Of a stretch of DNA of 64,000 nt, positions 38,101-50,500 are shown one piece after another. This DNA is from Balanoglossus misakiensis (taxonomy: Eukaryota > Animalia > Hemichordata). Each line of letters starts with the position of its first letter. Within the stretch, counting starts at the first letter, position 1. The position numbers and the translations under genes are program-made. The DNA lies in NCBI GenBank assembly GCA_040954595.2, contig CM082577.2, positions 8,147,846 through 8,211,845 on the forward strand. Reading direction: 5' to 3'. The notes below the pieces were generated by a model, which worked only from the letters and a program-made list of their open reading frames with translations, had not been told where the DNA came from and made no database searches.

Positions 38101-41100
38101 TGACATTAAAATTACGTAAATCTTGGGATAAATTCAGAGTTTTATCTGTGTGAACTTTGACAGGATCAATTTCTCTGACAGACAGACAACTGATCCAAAA
38201 CTGACCAAAATTTAATCTAAATCCGCACATAATAATTTTGTGTTTCTGCTTTATCTTCATCATAAGGATTAAGTGTGATGCAGGGTAATGGGGGAATAAT
38301 TCTGTATCTGTGCATCAAATGCACAAGAATGAAATATCCTGGATTTAGTCCTGTCAGTTACATTTGGGTCAGATGTAGGTGTCCTGGAGATGCACTCTAC
38401 AACATTAAACAAGCAGTCTCGAGAATTAATCAAATAAAATACATGTACCAATAAAATATCAGGTATTTTTACTCTCTGGTATTTTCTATTATTTGCCCTC
38501 AGGGATTGAAATGAAACACAGCACATGTTAATTCATTTTAATAAATAAAATTCTAACAACGTGATTGACAAAACGGTCACGGACATCATCATTCTACAGA
38601 TAGTCATCATCAACATGAGGTGATGTTATATATACCCTATTATCAAACACACAACACAGTTTTAATAAGTACCATGACCAACTGCTGTCTGGTTACCATG
38701 GCGAGTTATTAAAACCATCAACAGCTTGCCTGTGGTTCGAAGGCTATCAATCATAAGATATGTCATGACACCGCTCGCATAGACGCTAATAACATGTACG
38801 CAGTACGTTAAGTAATTGCTTTTACCTGGATCAATGGACTCCACATAGACTGGGTTCTGTCCTGTGAGAGTGAAACCAAACATGCCATTTGTTCGGCTAA
38901 TACGAATCACCCTGTGATAGGAAATAAATTGAAACATCAAATTGTAATACTGGTTGAGGACACAATCAATGTTTTTGTTAAATATAATCACATTATGAAG
39001 CATTCATTTTTATAGCTGTTTACATTCTCCTTGAGTGATATTTGCATGTCAATACTTTTCAACATGTATTATTCAAACAAGGAAATTGGATTTTAGTTAC
39101 TGCATGACAACTCTGAAATAATGCCAACTCTATGAAAGTAATTGGGTTTTTATTTTGTTATTTTCACTGACCAAACACTCTCAACAAGCTAAATGCATCT
39201 GAATCCTGGACAATTGTGTAAAAATTAGTTCCATGGCTAAATTCAAGAAATTAAAAATGGGAGAAAATGAGCTCCAAAAAGGAAAACTATGGAGAAAAAA
39301 TCCAAGTAAAAATTTTGGGTTTTATGGTGAAATTTGTGATATTACATCTTTATATCTGATCACTTAATTCTTCAACACAAATTCAAACGAAATGTGTGAC
39401 TTAATGATTTGACTAACATAAAATCATGTTTGCCTGTCTTTGTGAACATACATGGTATGTATGAACATGACCTGATATTGACAGGTCCTGCAATTAACTG
39501 TGAAATCCTATCTCTCACTACACACACGTATCATTCAATTTTAAATGCCAGTTCAGCAGTAACTGTGCGTTCTACTCATTAGCATGTCACCCGATCAATA
39601 TTTACTTGTTGTCAGAATGCAAATTTAACAGCGGTCAATGCAGTATTCTCTCTAATGCTGCCAAACCCTGCAATGCTGAGTGATCTATTGTTATGCAAAT
39701 CATGTACCATGGATCAATTTCATCATGTTCTCGGATTGACAGAAAGCAAAGGAGAATGTACTTCTTTTCAACTTGCACTCCTCATATTAAAGAAAGTTGC
39801 AGACAATTTATCACTGCCTGTCCATTAGGACCAACAATTATTTCCTTCATACTATAGTGACAAAAATGAATCAGTTGTCATCAAAAATACTTAATTATAT
39901 AAAGCAACTCATCCTAGAACTTCCATCTCCCTCCCTCCCCTTCCCTCCCTGCCACTGACAACACACTGACCTTTTCCTTGCATATGGGTCCATAACTTGT
40001 CGGGTATCCAGTGCAAGCTGCGGGTTGCGACTCATACTGGAAATTATCATGTCAAACTTGTCTCTGTGCATAGGTGGAATGAATATCCTGCAATGACAAG
40101 GTCAAATTGGACATTTGTTTGTGTATGTTATGAATATCAGTACAGTTTAATACATTGCCAATTCTGGTTGATATGTGCATTGGACAATAGAGCACTACTC
40201 TGACCTGCTATATACATGTATATGCAAACCCCCTTAGCAGTATACATATCAATAAAACGTTTTTTTCTATTGTTAAAAAAAAGTGAGTTCCCTGTTAAAT
40301 ACACTATGTGATTTTCATGACAAAAAAAACAGAATGAGTTTGTTCTTTCACTGTCGGCAAATATTACTCTAACCAAGCTGTTATGAGAGGGCAAATAAGG
40401 ACATCACAATGTGATCCATCTGTTTCACACAATTGTTCCAGCTCTATTGTTCTATGTAATGATGGATGGTCCACCTTCATAGTAAAATTGTGTCTATATA
40501 TAGCCTATGTATAACTGACTTCTATTCCATTTTATGAATGTTTTATTGCAGTTGACAAATTACTCATATTTTCACAGAGGTTTATAGAATATTTGATGCC
40601 GGACTTTCACTGCTAGTCTTAACACAACATAAACATGCACTGAATACCGAATTGGTGTTTGTCTTGTTATTTTTAATACATAGCTGGCCGAATGACACAA
40701 GCCAAAATAAATTTCAACCAAAGAGGCTAAAAATTCTGTTACACATAAATGCATTTTTTCGAAAGTGATTCCATTAAAATAATTGTATTTTTGTAGTGTG
40801 CATTCAATGTTCCATCAAAGAGAAACCTGAACCATGTTACACCTCAGCCGATTGGCTAACTTGCACATTGACTGCAAATGCTGGTTTCAGTCGGCCAATC
40901 GGCTGGTGGTTCTCTTATGACTTGAACGACTGACCTGATATCATACAGCAGCTGTCTCTGATGCTGGCTGTTCAGGAGCATAACCAGCGTCTTTGCGAGC
41001 CTTTCAATCTTCTTTTCTTTAGCATACTGCTTCAGCAAAGCTAGCAACGCATCTTTCTTGGCCGGCTCATTGTACAACACTTGATCAACCTACAATGTGG

Positions 41101-42467
41101 TGAAGAATTTTTGTAGTAATGATCCTCAAATGTTACATTTTATTACGTCCTAATGGAAGCTGACACTTTCTCTTCCCTCTCACTCTGCCCCCCTCCCCCC
41201 TCCCCCTCCCTCCCTCCCTTCCTGGGTTATTCTAGGTCTTCATTTGTGGTCACTTCTAATAAACCAAAGGCCATCTTTGTCGGAAGTCAAACACTGTTCA
41301 CACATTTCCAACTCAGACAAGCTGTCTCTGGCAACCTCATTGGTTTCACTTCATTGAGTTTCATTTCTTTGTATCCTACAATGACCCAAGTTCAATAAAA
41401 AATGCTGGTACTGCACACAATGTTTTAAAAACAGCTATCAATTTCAATCAGCAATGACCATGGCAATAATAAAAATGTCAAAGGAGCATTAAGTCTTTAT
41501 GTGTTGCATGGACTAATATAATAAATTACCAGGCTATACAACTCTACTTGCACATTTAATATGGCCACATGTATATTACATTTGCCAAAAATTAAATACC
41601 CATTTAGAATTGAATTATATGCATTTGATTTTCATTTGTACAGATTACAATGGAAACAATTTTAAATTTATTGAAATCTCTGGAATTTAAAAGTAAAATA
41701 TATTTAGTTGCTGAATTTTTTAATGAAATGCCACCACGGTGATGTGACATTACACAATTTCAACTAAAGCTGTTCTTCATACACGACCTACCAGCTTATT
41801 TTGCACTGCTGATAATTTGTTGTTTTTGTTATGCAACTGACCTTTTTATTTCAGTTGCATGATTTAATAAATCATGCAACTGACAGGTTTTTTTTCCACT
41901 CACCTTTCTGAAGAAGTCTTTCGTTCGTTGATTTCTGTCGGTCACCGTCATCGGCTGTGTTTTCTTCCCCCATTTGTACTTCATAGATTTCTGTTTGGCT
42001 CCTGGTATGATGAGCATTTTCAACTTCTCCGCTCCTCTGACAAACATCTTCGCGGTATCCGAGTGCTGGATGCCGATGCCGTTGATCTGCAAGACCATGT
42101 CCCCGACTTTCGCCCCGGCTTTCTCAGTGGGGCTGTTCTTCTCCACGATCTGTATGTACACCGGTCCGGCGCCGATCAGCGTCAGACCGAACTTCCCGTT
42201 CTTGTCGCGGGGGATCTCGACGGTCTTCAGGCAGGAGACGACGACCGAGTTCGGCGGGACTTGCGAGCAGGATTTAGCGACGGCTTTGATCTCCCCGCAA
42301 GACATGGACGTGACATCGTGGCCACCCAGCTCGATCAACTGGTCTCCCGGTTGCAGACCAGCTCGTTTGGCGGGGCCCTTCGGATCGACTGAGATGATGT
42401 AGCAGGGAGTGTCACCGCCAATTTTGAAGCCAAACGCTTCAGGCCAATTGTTGTTGCTTAGTGGCAT
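26163..42467 (-). CDS. GRID2IP: Delphilin (PDZ-PDZ-HN-PDZ-HN-FH1-FH2 formin), ~1291 aa; 24 coding exons: 42467-41904, 41089-40935, 40087-39971, 38911-38826, 37911-37735, 36786-36599, 36310-36240, 35455-35304, 34926-34750, 34310-34242, 34011-33893, 33460-33410, 32953-32827, 32387-31645, 31458-31371, 30451-30383, 29998-29871, 29442-29371, 29071-28916, 27948-27862, 27761-27579, 27198-27121, 26855-26691, 26216-26163
   Basis: N-terminus MPLSNNNWPEAFGFKIGGDTPCYI...AGLQPGDQL resembles delphilin PDZ1. Further PDZ motifs GKFGLTL and GMFGFTL; harmonin-N-like DIFPVLDTPAK. FH2 motifs VKRINWEKV...IWGQL, KKAYNISILL, LVMGNFMNQG...GFKI, FFGEDPKTT. All junctions are GT-AG and in frame; the low-complexity middle exons (34926-32827) are less certain. 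Confidence 0.9.
26856..27120 (-). other. U12-type (minor spliceosome) GT-AG intron in the FH2 coding region
   Basis: Donor reads GTATCCTTC (U12 consensus RTATCCTT). The 3' end ttaattctcttacttgtgtttag has a branch-point-like TTCTCTTAC close to the acceptor. Confidence 0.7.
28197..28772. mobile_element. Non-autonomous TTAA-targeting DNA transposon (Kolobok-like MITE)
   Basis: TTAA|agggtttatgacatgc ... gcatggcatgagacct|TTAA; imperfect TIRs with AGG/CCT termini. Confidence 0.6.
29515..29699. mobile_element. 185-bp Kolobok-like MITE, copy 1
   Basis: TTAA|aggtatacggtcacct ... aggtgactgtatacct|TTAA; second copy at 33036-33215. Confidence 0.8.
31165..31347. repeat. 20-bp G-rich minisatellite, ~9 copies
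   Basis: Unit gggtggagtgagggttt(c/g)t in tandem, starting ~25 bp into the intron after delphilin exon 31458-31371. Confidence 0.92.
33036..33215. mobile_element. Kolobok-like MITE, copy 2 (degenerate right end)
   Basis: ttaaaggtatacaatcacc...gagatctagccaatc...ttttcagtgggt...gtaaattggaggtgactgtgtacat; collinear with 29515-29699. Confidence 0.75.
34961..35043. repeat. Imperfect (TATTG)n pentanucleotide repeat
   Basis: tattgtattgtatagtattgaattg...tattgtattgtatt. Confidence 0.7.
35062..35236. mobile_element. Tc1/mariner(pogo)-type MITE with TA TSD
   Basis: TA|ccgttaaagtcattttataagacgc ... gcgacttataaaatgactttaacagg|TA, with an internal direct repeat ggggtgcgacttataatacc. Confidence 0.7.
37992..38076. 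mobile_element. Short piggyBac-like MITE
   Basis: ccctttcacc...ggtgaaaggg|TTAA; left TSD degenerate (ctta). Confidence 0.55.
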
Positions 42468-43849
42468 CTTGAATATCGAGTGTATATGACTCTACCTGGG
42501 AAAAAAATTTAACAGTTGAAATGACATTATTATAGATAAAAAATGCAGATCTGTGACATTTCTTTCTTCAATTGTTTGGGTTTGAGAAAAATATACTAGT
42601 CATTTAAACCACAAACTCCATGTTTTAATTATAACAGCCTTTAACGGATAGTGGCAGTGACTTTTGATGATTTGATTTGTCAAAAAAAAACAAAAAAAAA
42701 ACACACACACACACACACATACATGTCAGATATGAAGCCAAGCACACAACAAAAACACTTTAAAAATTCACTAAAAGTTATGGTTATTGTCCCTTTAAAC
42801 TATCCGGCCGTTCTATCTCAGGCCAGAGTTCAAATAACATTTGCATAATTAAAATAGTATTCATATAAAATTTGATTTCACAGCTGTCAATTATGGTTTA
42901 TTTTTGTGATCTATAAATTAATTAATATCATTAGTTCATATACATAAGCTAAAAACTGCATCACAGTCATTGTATGCAGGCAACTGGCAATATTTGTTAA
43001 CATTTACATTAATTAAAATCACAATGGCCGACTCTTTGGAAAACAATTGGTCATGGATGGAATCTCCGACTGGCCGTCTATATTGTGTGTGACTCAGGGG
43101 GGGTGACTCAACAGCTGAATTTTCATCCATTTTGTCACTGTTTTTAGCACATCGGCACACAATTGAAATTGATGGAGTATTCAATGACAGAAGGCATAAC
43201 TGTTGTCGTTCGGCCAGGTGATCTAATTAGAACGTTGTTGCATTAACTTATGACGTAATATTTAGACAAAAGAGTCGTTGTTATGCCACCTTTTCGCGTC
43301 TTGCGTCTGTGACGAAACTGACAAGGCTGCGTCCGCAGATGCTGGTTACCTAGGTAATTGCGACCGGCCGGTAATTGCGCCCGGCACAAGAATGAATCGG
43401 CCGCTACTCGGTCACCTGGTCGTCACTTTTTTGTCGTATATACGTTTCTAATAATAGCATGCAATGTAGCCATTGTCACGATAACTTCAGCGTTTCCCAG
43501 GCGTCTGATTTAAATGGATTCATGACGCAATTTAAGATACAGATAGTGAAAATCTCACTTTCACTGTCAGGATTCTATACTTAAAATTGTTTTGGCTGAC
43601 GTCTGCAGGGTTTTCACACATTATGTATGAGTGAAAGCCCTAAATTATCACACGTTCAGTTGGGCGTGCCTCATTTTAGAATCGACAGGTGGCAATGGTG
43701 AATGAAATCGAAATCGATATACACATACCACACATGTAACGCTACATATTCACTTATCACGTCTGACAAAGAAAGATAAGGATGCCGGTAATCAACGGGT
43801 TTGTCGTGTTAAATGTTGTTACCTACCTTAGGTTCACTTAAAAACAAAA

Positions 43850-44150
43850 CACTGTGCCATCATCTCCCCTTCTCAGTGGTATACCACAATAACGGGGTTA
43901 TCTGAGGATGATAATTTCGTCGGAAAAATGTCTGTTTACAAAATCCGTTAATCACCACCACCAGCCATTGATGTAAAAATAACAATAGCTTAGAGGGTCG
44001 TAAGGGATATAAGGACGGAGCTGTGGGGTCTTCTTAGGTCACAGGTCAAACTCTACTGCACTGTGTACGTTTCGGCGATCGCAGCTACAAAATGTAGAAC
44101 TTGTAATAATAGTTGCCCATTTGTTCTTAGCTGACCACTTGCACGCAGTC
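43850..44150. promoter_or_regulatory. Probable shared (bidirectional) promoter region of delphilin and ZDHHC4
   Basis: Divergent starts are only ~1.7 kb apart. The delphilin ATG exon has an acceptor at 42496, so a non-coding first exon must lie nearer ZDHHC4; candidate minus-strand donors occur near 43346 and 43820. Positional inference only. Confidence 0.4.
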
Positions 44151-44151
44151 A

Positions 44152-46166
44152 ATGATGGATTTCTTGACTCTAGTGTCAGTGTACACCGGAGTGTTTGTAC
44201 TCCTGTGTTATGTCATATTTTTTGGTGAAAGTCAGTATCATCGCCATGGTTACATAGGAAAACTCAGAGAATTGATATTTAGAGTAAGTACAGTTACCCT
44301 CTTTCTCGCCCACTTCCCCCTCCTCTATCTGTCTCAGTGTCTGTATGCTTTCCCATGATTCTGGACACCAGGTACTGTCAATATATACTGAGTGGTTCAA
44401 GATGACCCTTGTAATTGTCGTTTTCTGTATGTTTCTTGGACCTGGTTGTTTTAGACCCACCTTGAATGATGATGACTGCCTTTGAAACATACTGTTTTTC
44501 TTAGAATAAATGCCTTATGACAAATTATGATTTAAGTGAAGACTTAATTTCTCATTCTTATGCAGTTCTTCATCTGGTGGCCAGAGCATTGTCTTCCAAC
44601 TCCAGTGTATCGCACATCAAAGGAAATGCTAAGCAACATCCTCTACACAAAGTATGTACAATACAAACCAATTAATTGAGCCTACAAATTGTTCACTGCA
44701 AGTCAGCCTCTCTGATTGACTGTAATGGGTGAAGTTTGAGACGTATTTGATTCAATTATAATATATGTCTGTATTGTTTTTTCTGCAGAAATTGTTTTAT
44801 GCAGGTTTTGTACATCATCATTGCTGTTATCACCTACGCGGAGTTCACAATTGATGTTTTACCGATTGCCCGAACCTACAAGTTTGGTTTCCACATGACA
44901 GTTGGTCCGTACCTTGTCCTGGCCGTAAATATTTATTTCTTCGTCAAGAGTTACACCACAGACCCCGGAGTGATCTTGAAGAGCAACCACGAGCTGTATA
45001 TGAATGTTTACAGTCATGATGCATGTCTGTACAAACAGGACAACGTCTGCAGGACGTGTAAATTTGAAAAGCCTGCTAGATCCAAACACTGTGGTGAGTG
45101 GAAGGTGTTGCTCTTGACGGATGATTTTAGAGATGTCAACAGCAAAATTACCACTAGAATGAAATTTCACCATCATAGCTGTGGTATGATGGCAACGGTA
45201 CAGCTGGGTACCACAGCTAACACCATCAGTGCTCTGATTCTGAACCCAATATGCATAATGCTTCAAAATGACTGAGTATTTCACCTTAACAACTGAAATT
45301 ACAACCAGTCTTTTAGTGTGAAATCACTGTAGTGTAGCGAGATATATCACCAGGAGCTCTGTTTTTTTTTTCTTTCAAAATACATTTTTATATGAAAACT
45401 ACCGGTGTATATAAAGCAGAATGTGTATGCACCACATGTATCACTGTCTGATACCTTTCCCCATGTTAATAATTGCAATATAACGGTTTGTCTCTGTGCA
45501 ACTTTCAGCAATCTGCGACCACTGCGTCCATCGCTTCGACCATCACTGTTCCTGGGTCAACAACTGCGTCGGTGGAATGAACGTCTATTACTTCATTGGT
45601 TTCTTGACAACCATCTCCATCGGCTGCGTCTACATCGTGTACACGGCAGCCTGGGCTCTCAAGTACATTGTCATCCTGACTGGTCTCCACTCGGCGCATT
45701 ACATCGGCGCAGATGGCCAACCTCATCCAATCACATTCCCTGTTCTTTTCCAGGTATAGAGTTAGCAAAATAACATTTCATTGGCGGTCAAATAATCTAT
45801 GGGCAATTCGATCACTATGTGAAAAGATATGGCAAAGTGTGAATTGATCTGAAGACAAAAAAAAGTGGTTAAAACATTGACTATAACTTTCTCATATTCC
45901 TCTTTTTACAGCACTTGTTTTTGAATAACCCCAGACTGGTTTTCTTGGTGACGTCGTTTTTCCTGTTGTTTTTCCTGATTGCTGGTTTCACCTGCTACCA
46001 CCTGTATCTAATGGCAACCAATCAGACGACCAATGAGAGGTGGAAATATCTTCCCAGAGAGTTGCAGAGTAAAAGAAAGACATACTTTTACAGTCGTGGA
46101 ATTCTGTCCAATATTGGCGAGGTCATCTGGCCAACATCGTCAAGGAAAAGAAAGAAGAGGAGATAG
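44152..46166 (+). CDS. ZDHHC4: DHHC palmitoyltransferase, ZDHHC4/Swf1-like, ~340 aa; exons 44152-44283, 44566-44651, 44789-45093, 45509-45753, 45912-46166
   Basis: MDFL start; TDPGVI; [37 protein letters not shown]; NQTTNE; [12 protein letters not shown]; C-terminal KKRR fits a KKxx ER-retrieval signal. Confidence 0.92.
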
Positions 46167-46228
46167 CTAGTTTTTGGCATTTGTGTATTTGGATTTATAT
46201 TGTGTTTTAGAGCATTCATTTTTTATGA

Positions 46229-46243
46229 AATAAAACCTTTATT
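46229..46243. terminator. Adjacent opposing poly(A) signals: AATAAA (+, 46229-46234) and AATAAA (-, 46238-46243)
   Basis: Sequence aaataaaacctttatt lies 60 bp after the ZDHHC4 stop, between convergent genes. Confidence 0.5.
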
Positions 46244-47361
46244 GTCCTATGAATATTTAGGACCACGCTCACATCTGTGGTGAATGATTGGGTTTTGTTT
46301 TAAAATAGTTGATAGTTTAGAGCAAACTACATTTAAAGAGTTTTTCAAGAGTATTGAAATACAAACAGATCTGGGTACAGCATGGCATCGAACACAGCCC
46401 AAAACACAACAGGGGTGTATTTGTACAGCGCCCTCTCTGGCAAGATGACGTTCCTGATTGTTTTCTGTTTTTAATTGCAGTCTGGTATAATCAGTACTCA
46501 CAAATAGTGGGATGGGATCAGAAGAATTGAGGGTTGAGTTATTTAAGACATCATAAAATTAATCGTTTGTATTTGAAAAAAACTGCCCCTGAAATATCAA
46601 ACATCCAAATGCTACTACCACGACATATTGAAAGATTCGTCGCTCGGAGGCGCTCTTCATCATGATCTTCTCTTGACAGCGAAGGCATAGACTGGGTTTC
46701 ATAAAATGAACGTGGCCAGTGAGAAATTTCCAGTGATGTGCCATTTATTGATCGTGAAATGATTAGCATGGAGTATAAGTGCAAAAGGGGGAAAGCCGCT
46801 TGAGAGGAAAAAATATCCTGAGAAAATCCTTTCATAAAATCATGATTTACATTCGGTGAAAATTACACATTTATAACGATAACCCTGAACACGGTCCGAG
46901 GGAGCGCCCCCCCCCCCACCTCTTTCTCATTATCGTCATTATCTTGGGTGTTGGTCAGCCTAAGATTGTGCGTTATAAAAGTCCATGCTGTAAATCTGCC
47001 CCAAATCGCCTGTTGGTACCATCGCTGTGGTGACCAGTTTTCAAAATGATTATTTGGTTCTTGCCAGTTGACGTAGATATTCCTTTTTGACAAGTCAGTG
47101 TAATGTTTTCAACCCAAACTTCAGTCATACTTTTTGGACTGCTATAGAATAATATCCGAAGACGATATGAGCGAATGATTGCACTGGAAGAGAAAAAAAT
47201 TGGCTGCACAATTATTGGCACTCAACACTCATGTCGGCGTGGGTTTTCTTTCACGTTCCATTGATCAGTGGATACTAGTATGTACGTTAAACATGTAATC
47301 ATGGGTAACACGTCCTGAAACAAACTCACATAGTAACAGTCACGCTGGGTCTGGTATCTCT

Positions 47362-47598
47362 CTATGAGGCCGGTGCGGTCTTCTGTCTCAGTTTCAGTTT
47401 CTGTACAACACCGAAGATGAGCATCGCACACCCGATGACAAGAAATAGAATCCCCAAGGCAAGCACTGATAAATCGTCGAGAAGCGCCGAAGCTCCGGCG
47501 ATGGCTAAGATCACGCCCAGGATGGTGAATTCGCCGCCGAACTTGATCAGCCGCCCCGCGAACTGAATATGTTGTTCGTGTCTGCTGCTGTCTGCCAT
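47362..47598 (-). CDS. Small two-TM hairpin protein (78 aa), uncharacterised
   Basis: MADSSRHEQHIQFAGRLIKFGGEFTILGVILAIAGASALLDDLSVLALGILFLVIGCAMLIFGVVQKLKLRQKTAPAS. Good Kozak context (ATCATGG) and GC-richer than the flanks. Upstream acceptor near 47837 and candidate UTR donors near 48655 and 49285. Confidence 0.6.
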   Translation of the reverse strand: MADSSRHEQHIQFAGRLIKFGGEFTILGVILAIAGASALLDDLSVLALGILFLVIGCAMLIFGVVQKLKLRQKTAPAS

Positions 47599-50500
47599 GA
47601 TTTGTCGAAGGGTGGCAGAGTCGTGGTGATCCGAGAAGGTTTGGTTTTCAACAGTGGTCTTTCTAACGTGAACAGAGACTGACAAGCGTCCGTGGTGATT
47701 GGTCGGTAACAATGCGTGGTGTGGTTGTTTGTGATACTACCAGGATATATTTGCAGATTGAAAATACCAGGTGGTCTCACATTTGTAGCGACCAATCAGA
47801 TCCACGTAGCATAAATATTTTACGCATGCAGCCACCTGCATGAGAAAAAAGAATGAGGTACGTTTATTAAACGTAGTCAATGGTATCGTTGTAGGCCAAC
47901 CATGATCGCCTCCTGTAACATGAGAGGCCAGCTCATCCGAACCGATACGCGCATCCGTTTATTTTCAAATCATCGGCAAAGCTAGTGCGATATGAGAAGA
48001 GAACCCATGTCATCATGTTTGCCAAGGACATTGACTTTTGTCTACCTTGAACGAAATCTCATTGAGTTCAAGTACAAATGACGTCATGACGCGCCTTTCG
48101 GAAATCTTTCATTGATTGAAGGATGACCATTAGTCTAGAATCTCGGAAAGATTCTGGATTATGCGTGACATGATGGGTGGATACGTTGGATTGACTGATC
48201 ATAAACCCTAAATTTATTTTATGACGATTAGGTCAGGCCATTTGGTATTTAGATCTAATTGGAATGGCCTTCCACCTTTTTAATTGGACACCTTTATTTT
48301 CATTTCAATAAACTCATTAATGTCATGGGACAAATTACAGTCTTGTAATTAACACGTCAACAATTACCGCTGCGAAGCTATTATGGCATTGATTGAAATT
48401 GTCACTACAAGCAATTTACATGTCGTTCCACAAATATTTTGTGACGAAAATGGTGGTAAAGGCTTCCCCGAAGCGCAGTGATCTAGTTTGGTTTGCTTAT
48501 TTTTTTAACAAAAGTGTTTCCAAGACAGAATGGAATCTGACAGAAAAGGTTAAGCCTTGGATAGTTAGCAACCACTCGACTCCAACAAACATGTTGTAAA
48601 AATAGTAGGAATTCTTTTGCTTGTCAACAATTCTGTGCCCAAGGGCAAACAGACTCACCACACGAACTTCGTTTCAAAATATGGGTATAAAATAAGCAAA
48701 TGATAAGACAACATACAACTGTAATCATCTAAAACAAACGACGATACAAACCGCATAGATAGTTCTTACTGCCCATGGGTGTGTGCGTGATCTTGGTCAA
48801 ATTGACCCGCTCGTAGGTGGCATTCTCAGGGAACTTTGTTCCTAAAATCACGAAGCAATAAGGGGCGTATTTTGTTTATCATCACGGTCCATCAAAACAA
48901 TTGCCAAAAACCTGACCCATGAAATGATTAGAATACTTTTCGGATTTTCCAAACTAACAAAAAGGTCAAGTTCGAAATGTAGCCCATTCTGGGTACTAGC
49001 ATAGCCATAGACGGGAGTGATATGTTGTTCAAACTGTAAACAATGCCATTGCTCTATTCAGCATTGCCATTGGCATATTTGTAATTTTATTGTAGTGATA
49101 TCATTTGTCTCGTATATTTTGTAAATAGGAGGTGTCATGATCTAATATTCTCCCAAATGTCCACAAAAGGGTGTCTATTTTTGAAAACTCCGGTGTATCT
49201 TGAAATGCTGAAGAATGGTCATGGATTGCACGGTAGCTGAGAATAATGCCGCCGCGACAAACAAGCAACCAATGTTGAGATACTCACCTCATAATTCTCA
49301 CGAATAAATTTGTCCAGACGGCGAAACAAGCGTTCTCTGACGTAGACAGGGAAAGTTATATCACAAACACCTCCCACTTTCTCCGACACAACCACGGCGG
49401 TTTGGAGCGTGGTTGAGATTATGGCGGCTTGCTTCTTGCAGCGAAAGTTCAGTTACCGACGCGACGTTGCAACAGATGCTTGGTCCTGCCCTCAACACAC
49501 CTGTTCAAGAAAAGGTCACTCCGTTACGCGCCAGGGTGCTATCAGCAATGATTCACACCGCACTGCTCATCGACGTTTATTACGGTACAGTTAAGGGCTT
49601 ACTCTCCCCTAATGTTGCCATGGAGACTACTTAAAGGCACGGTTGAGAACCTCGAACGAGCTACTATGGCCTAAAAGCACACAAAATTGAATGTTTGTGA
49701 GAATTTACGAAAAAAGATAATACGATCCTCTTGCATTTACTTCCATGCAGCCTTGCAAATAAGCTTCAAAAGTCACATCGACTAAAAACAGACAACATTC
49801 GCTTTGCTGATAAAATTCGGTGTTTATTCACTCTATGAATCGGGTATGATGCTAAATATTAAATTTTGAATGAAGATACCGAACATATATAGATATAGTT
49901 TATCATTATTTTACATCGTTTATTGTACATAGTCAAAACGGGTCATTTTTAAAATGCAAATATGCTCAGTACTTTTTTCGCACAATAAAAAGACGAGTAC
50001 TATAAAATAGCAAATGGAAACACGCAAGTTAATAATCATAAAAATTAAAATAATCAAAACGCTGACAATTGCACATGACGATTTCACGTCTTTTACAATT
50101 TAACTTTAAAATATTCAAACTCTTTCTTCAAAACAAAATAATTTTAAAACATGTAAGGAAAGGTATAAAAGCGTTTCTACTCTATCGTACGACAGTGAAT
50201 GGATCATCAACATCTGTCGACATGAATTGTGGATAATGGGATCGGCGTATTTTTCTCTCTGTAACACAAAAACGCAAGGAGCCACTCTAGCTAAACACTG
50301 ATGGAAAAAGTACTTAAAGGCTTTTACATGACACAGAAAATAATTCAGACCGAAAATCCAAGACTTAGAGTTAGAGTTAGACCACAAAGGGAGTTGTGTC
50401 ACATCACGCAATTTTCGGGGCGAATTCAGTGTACGGGGTTTTGGCTTAAAATCTGCCATCCCATGATATTGACTGCGCTATTACATGAGTGTAACCACCC

